Assembly: GCA_012797935.1 (NCBI GenBank)
Contig: JAAZOC010000052.1
Location: 1 to 41,034, forward strand
Length of the DNA stretch: 41,034 nt
Reading direction: 5' to 3'
Source of the DNA: Candidatus Microgenomates bacterium
Lineage (GTDB): Bacteria; Patescibacteriota; Dojkabacteria; SC72
This document shows, piece after piece, positions 40,503 through 41,034 of this stretch. Position 1 is the stretch's first letter; the number at the start of each line of letters is the position of its first letter. Under the pieces are notes generated by a model, which saw only the letters and a program-made list of their open reading frames with translations, searched no databases and was not told where the DNA came from. The position numbers were made by a program, and so were the translations under genes.

Positions 40503-41034
40503 CTATTTGTCCAAATAGCATTCTTATTTCTTCTAAACCAAGTCCTTTGTCTTTTGGCATATTGATTAGTATGGTTTACTATATCATTTTTTACTTCATC
40601 AATATCTTTCTTACCATCAAAATATCCATCAAATTCTTGATATCCAATTGATCTGAATGCAGGGTATATATTCAAATCTTTTTGTCTTAAATTTTTATTT
40701 TCTTCAATTAAACCATCCTCGATCATAGTATCAACCCTTTTTGATATTTTTTCTCTTAATTCTTCTTTTGGTATATCTACTACAAAGTAAAGATGATTTA
40801 AAGGAACTCCTTTTTCATTCTCTATTTCTCCTCTCCTTATGATCCTTTGTAACCTTACTGGATTCTGTCTATCACTTTCATTTAAGGTCTTGAGTATATC
40901 TTCAGGTATTAATTTCTCTAATTCTGAGACATCATTACTAAGTTCCTTTTCGATATTGTTTTCTTCCATATTTGAAAGCTTGTAATTAAAAACAACACTA
41001 TCTATATACAATCCAGTACCACCAACAATTATGG
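40454..41034 (-). CDS. miaA: tRNA dimethylallyltransferase, C-terminal part (N-terminus outside the window)
   Basis: The reverse strand reads ..IIVGGTGLYIDSVV...YAKRQRTWFRRN. The frame stays open to the window edge. The track start is an internal TTG. Confidence 0.85.
   Translation of the reverse strand, partial: IIVGGTGLYIDSVVFNYKLSNMEENNIEKELSNDVSELEKLIPEDILKTLNESDRQNPVRLQRIIRRGEIENEKGVPLNHLYFVVDIPKEELREKISKRVDTMIEDGLIEENKNLRQKDLNIYPAFRSIGYQEFDGYFDGKKDIDEVKNDIVNHTNQYAKRQRTWFRRNKNAIWTNSYDFVLATSLRFINTL

Noticed and set aside
1-41034. Alternative genetic code 4 or 25 (TGA read as Trp or Gly) as the explanation for the missing TGA stops.
   Set aside because: Every conserved gene is full length under the standard code, so there are no in-frame TGAs. 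A reassigned codon should appear many times in about 13,000 codons.
1-41034. CRISPR arrays, rRNA genes, prophage or integrative-element blocks.
   Set aside because: No non-coding stretch exceeds about 390 nt, and no regularly spaced direct repeats were seen. There are no integrase, capsid or terminase-like ORFs. The only mobile-type gene is the Y1 transposase.

Overview
AT-rich, very gene-dense chromosomal segment: 57 CDS with a 3' end in the window, one 5'-truncated CDS, one tRNA and RNase P RNA. Most intergenic gaps are under 30 nt and several genes overlap.

Layout:
- Bases 1-15216 hold the end of tuf, then a contiguous S10-spc-alpha ribosomal-protein superoperon (rpsJ to rplO, secY, adk, infA, rpmJ, rpsM, rpsK, rpsD, rpoA, rplQ), then rplM-rpsI.
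- rpmC (L29), rpmD (L30) and map are absent from their canonical slots.
- The rest is mainly translation and RNA housekeeping: fmt, queA, tgt, rny, hup, two greA paralogs, tRNA-Glu, trmD, glyQS, lysS, a DHH phosphoesterase, serS, miaA. A few accessory loci are interspersed.

Likely source (inference only, no rRNA present): a reduced Candidate Phyla Radiation / Patescibacteria-like genome. The supporting traits are no L30, a compact RNase P RNA of about 308 nt, lysine-rich tails on r-proteins, almost no Shine-Dalgarno motifs and shared stop codons at convergent genes.

Best candidate for an undescribed system: the operon at 16505-20790. It encodes a ThiF/E1-like adenylyltransferase, a LuxI/FeeM-fold N-acyltransferase-like protein and a polytopic GAF sensor histidine kinase. 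I read it as a possible self-contained signal synthesis and perception module, with luxMN-like logic plus an adenylating enzyme.

Other notable observations:
- A 0.5-kb Y1 (IS200/RAYT-like) transposase cassette with 24-bp inverted repeats appears to have inserted into the 3' end of tgt. It supplies a new stop codon.
- TGA is never used as a stop (0 of 57; 20 TAG, 37 TAA) and never occurs in frame.
- Extended -10 promoters (TGnTAnnAT) recur, and three sit 6-7 nt from an ATG, which suggests leaderless mRNAs.
- An orphan ParB-like gene is followed by a small unknown gene and an ATPase-less ABC-2 permease pair.
- A 24-bp perfect palindrome lies just before a DUF4349-like gene.

No CRISPR array, rRNA or prophage-like block was seen.
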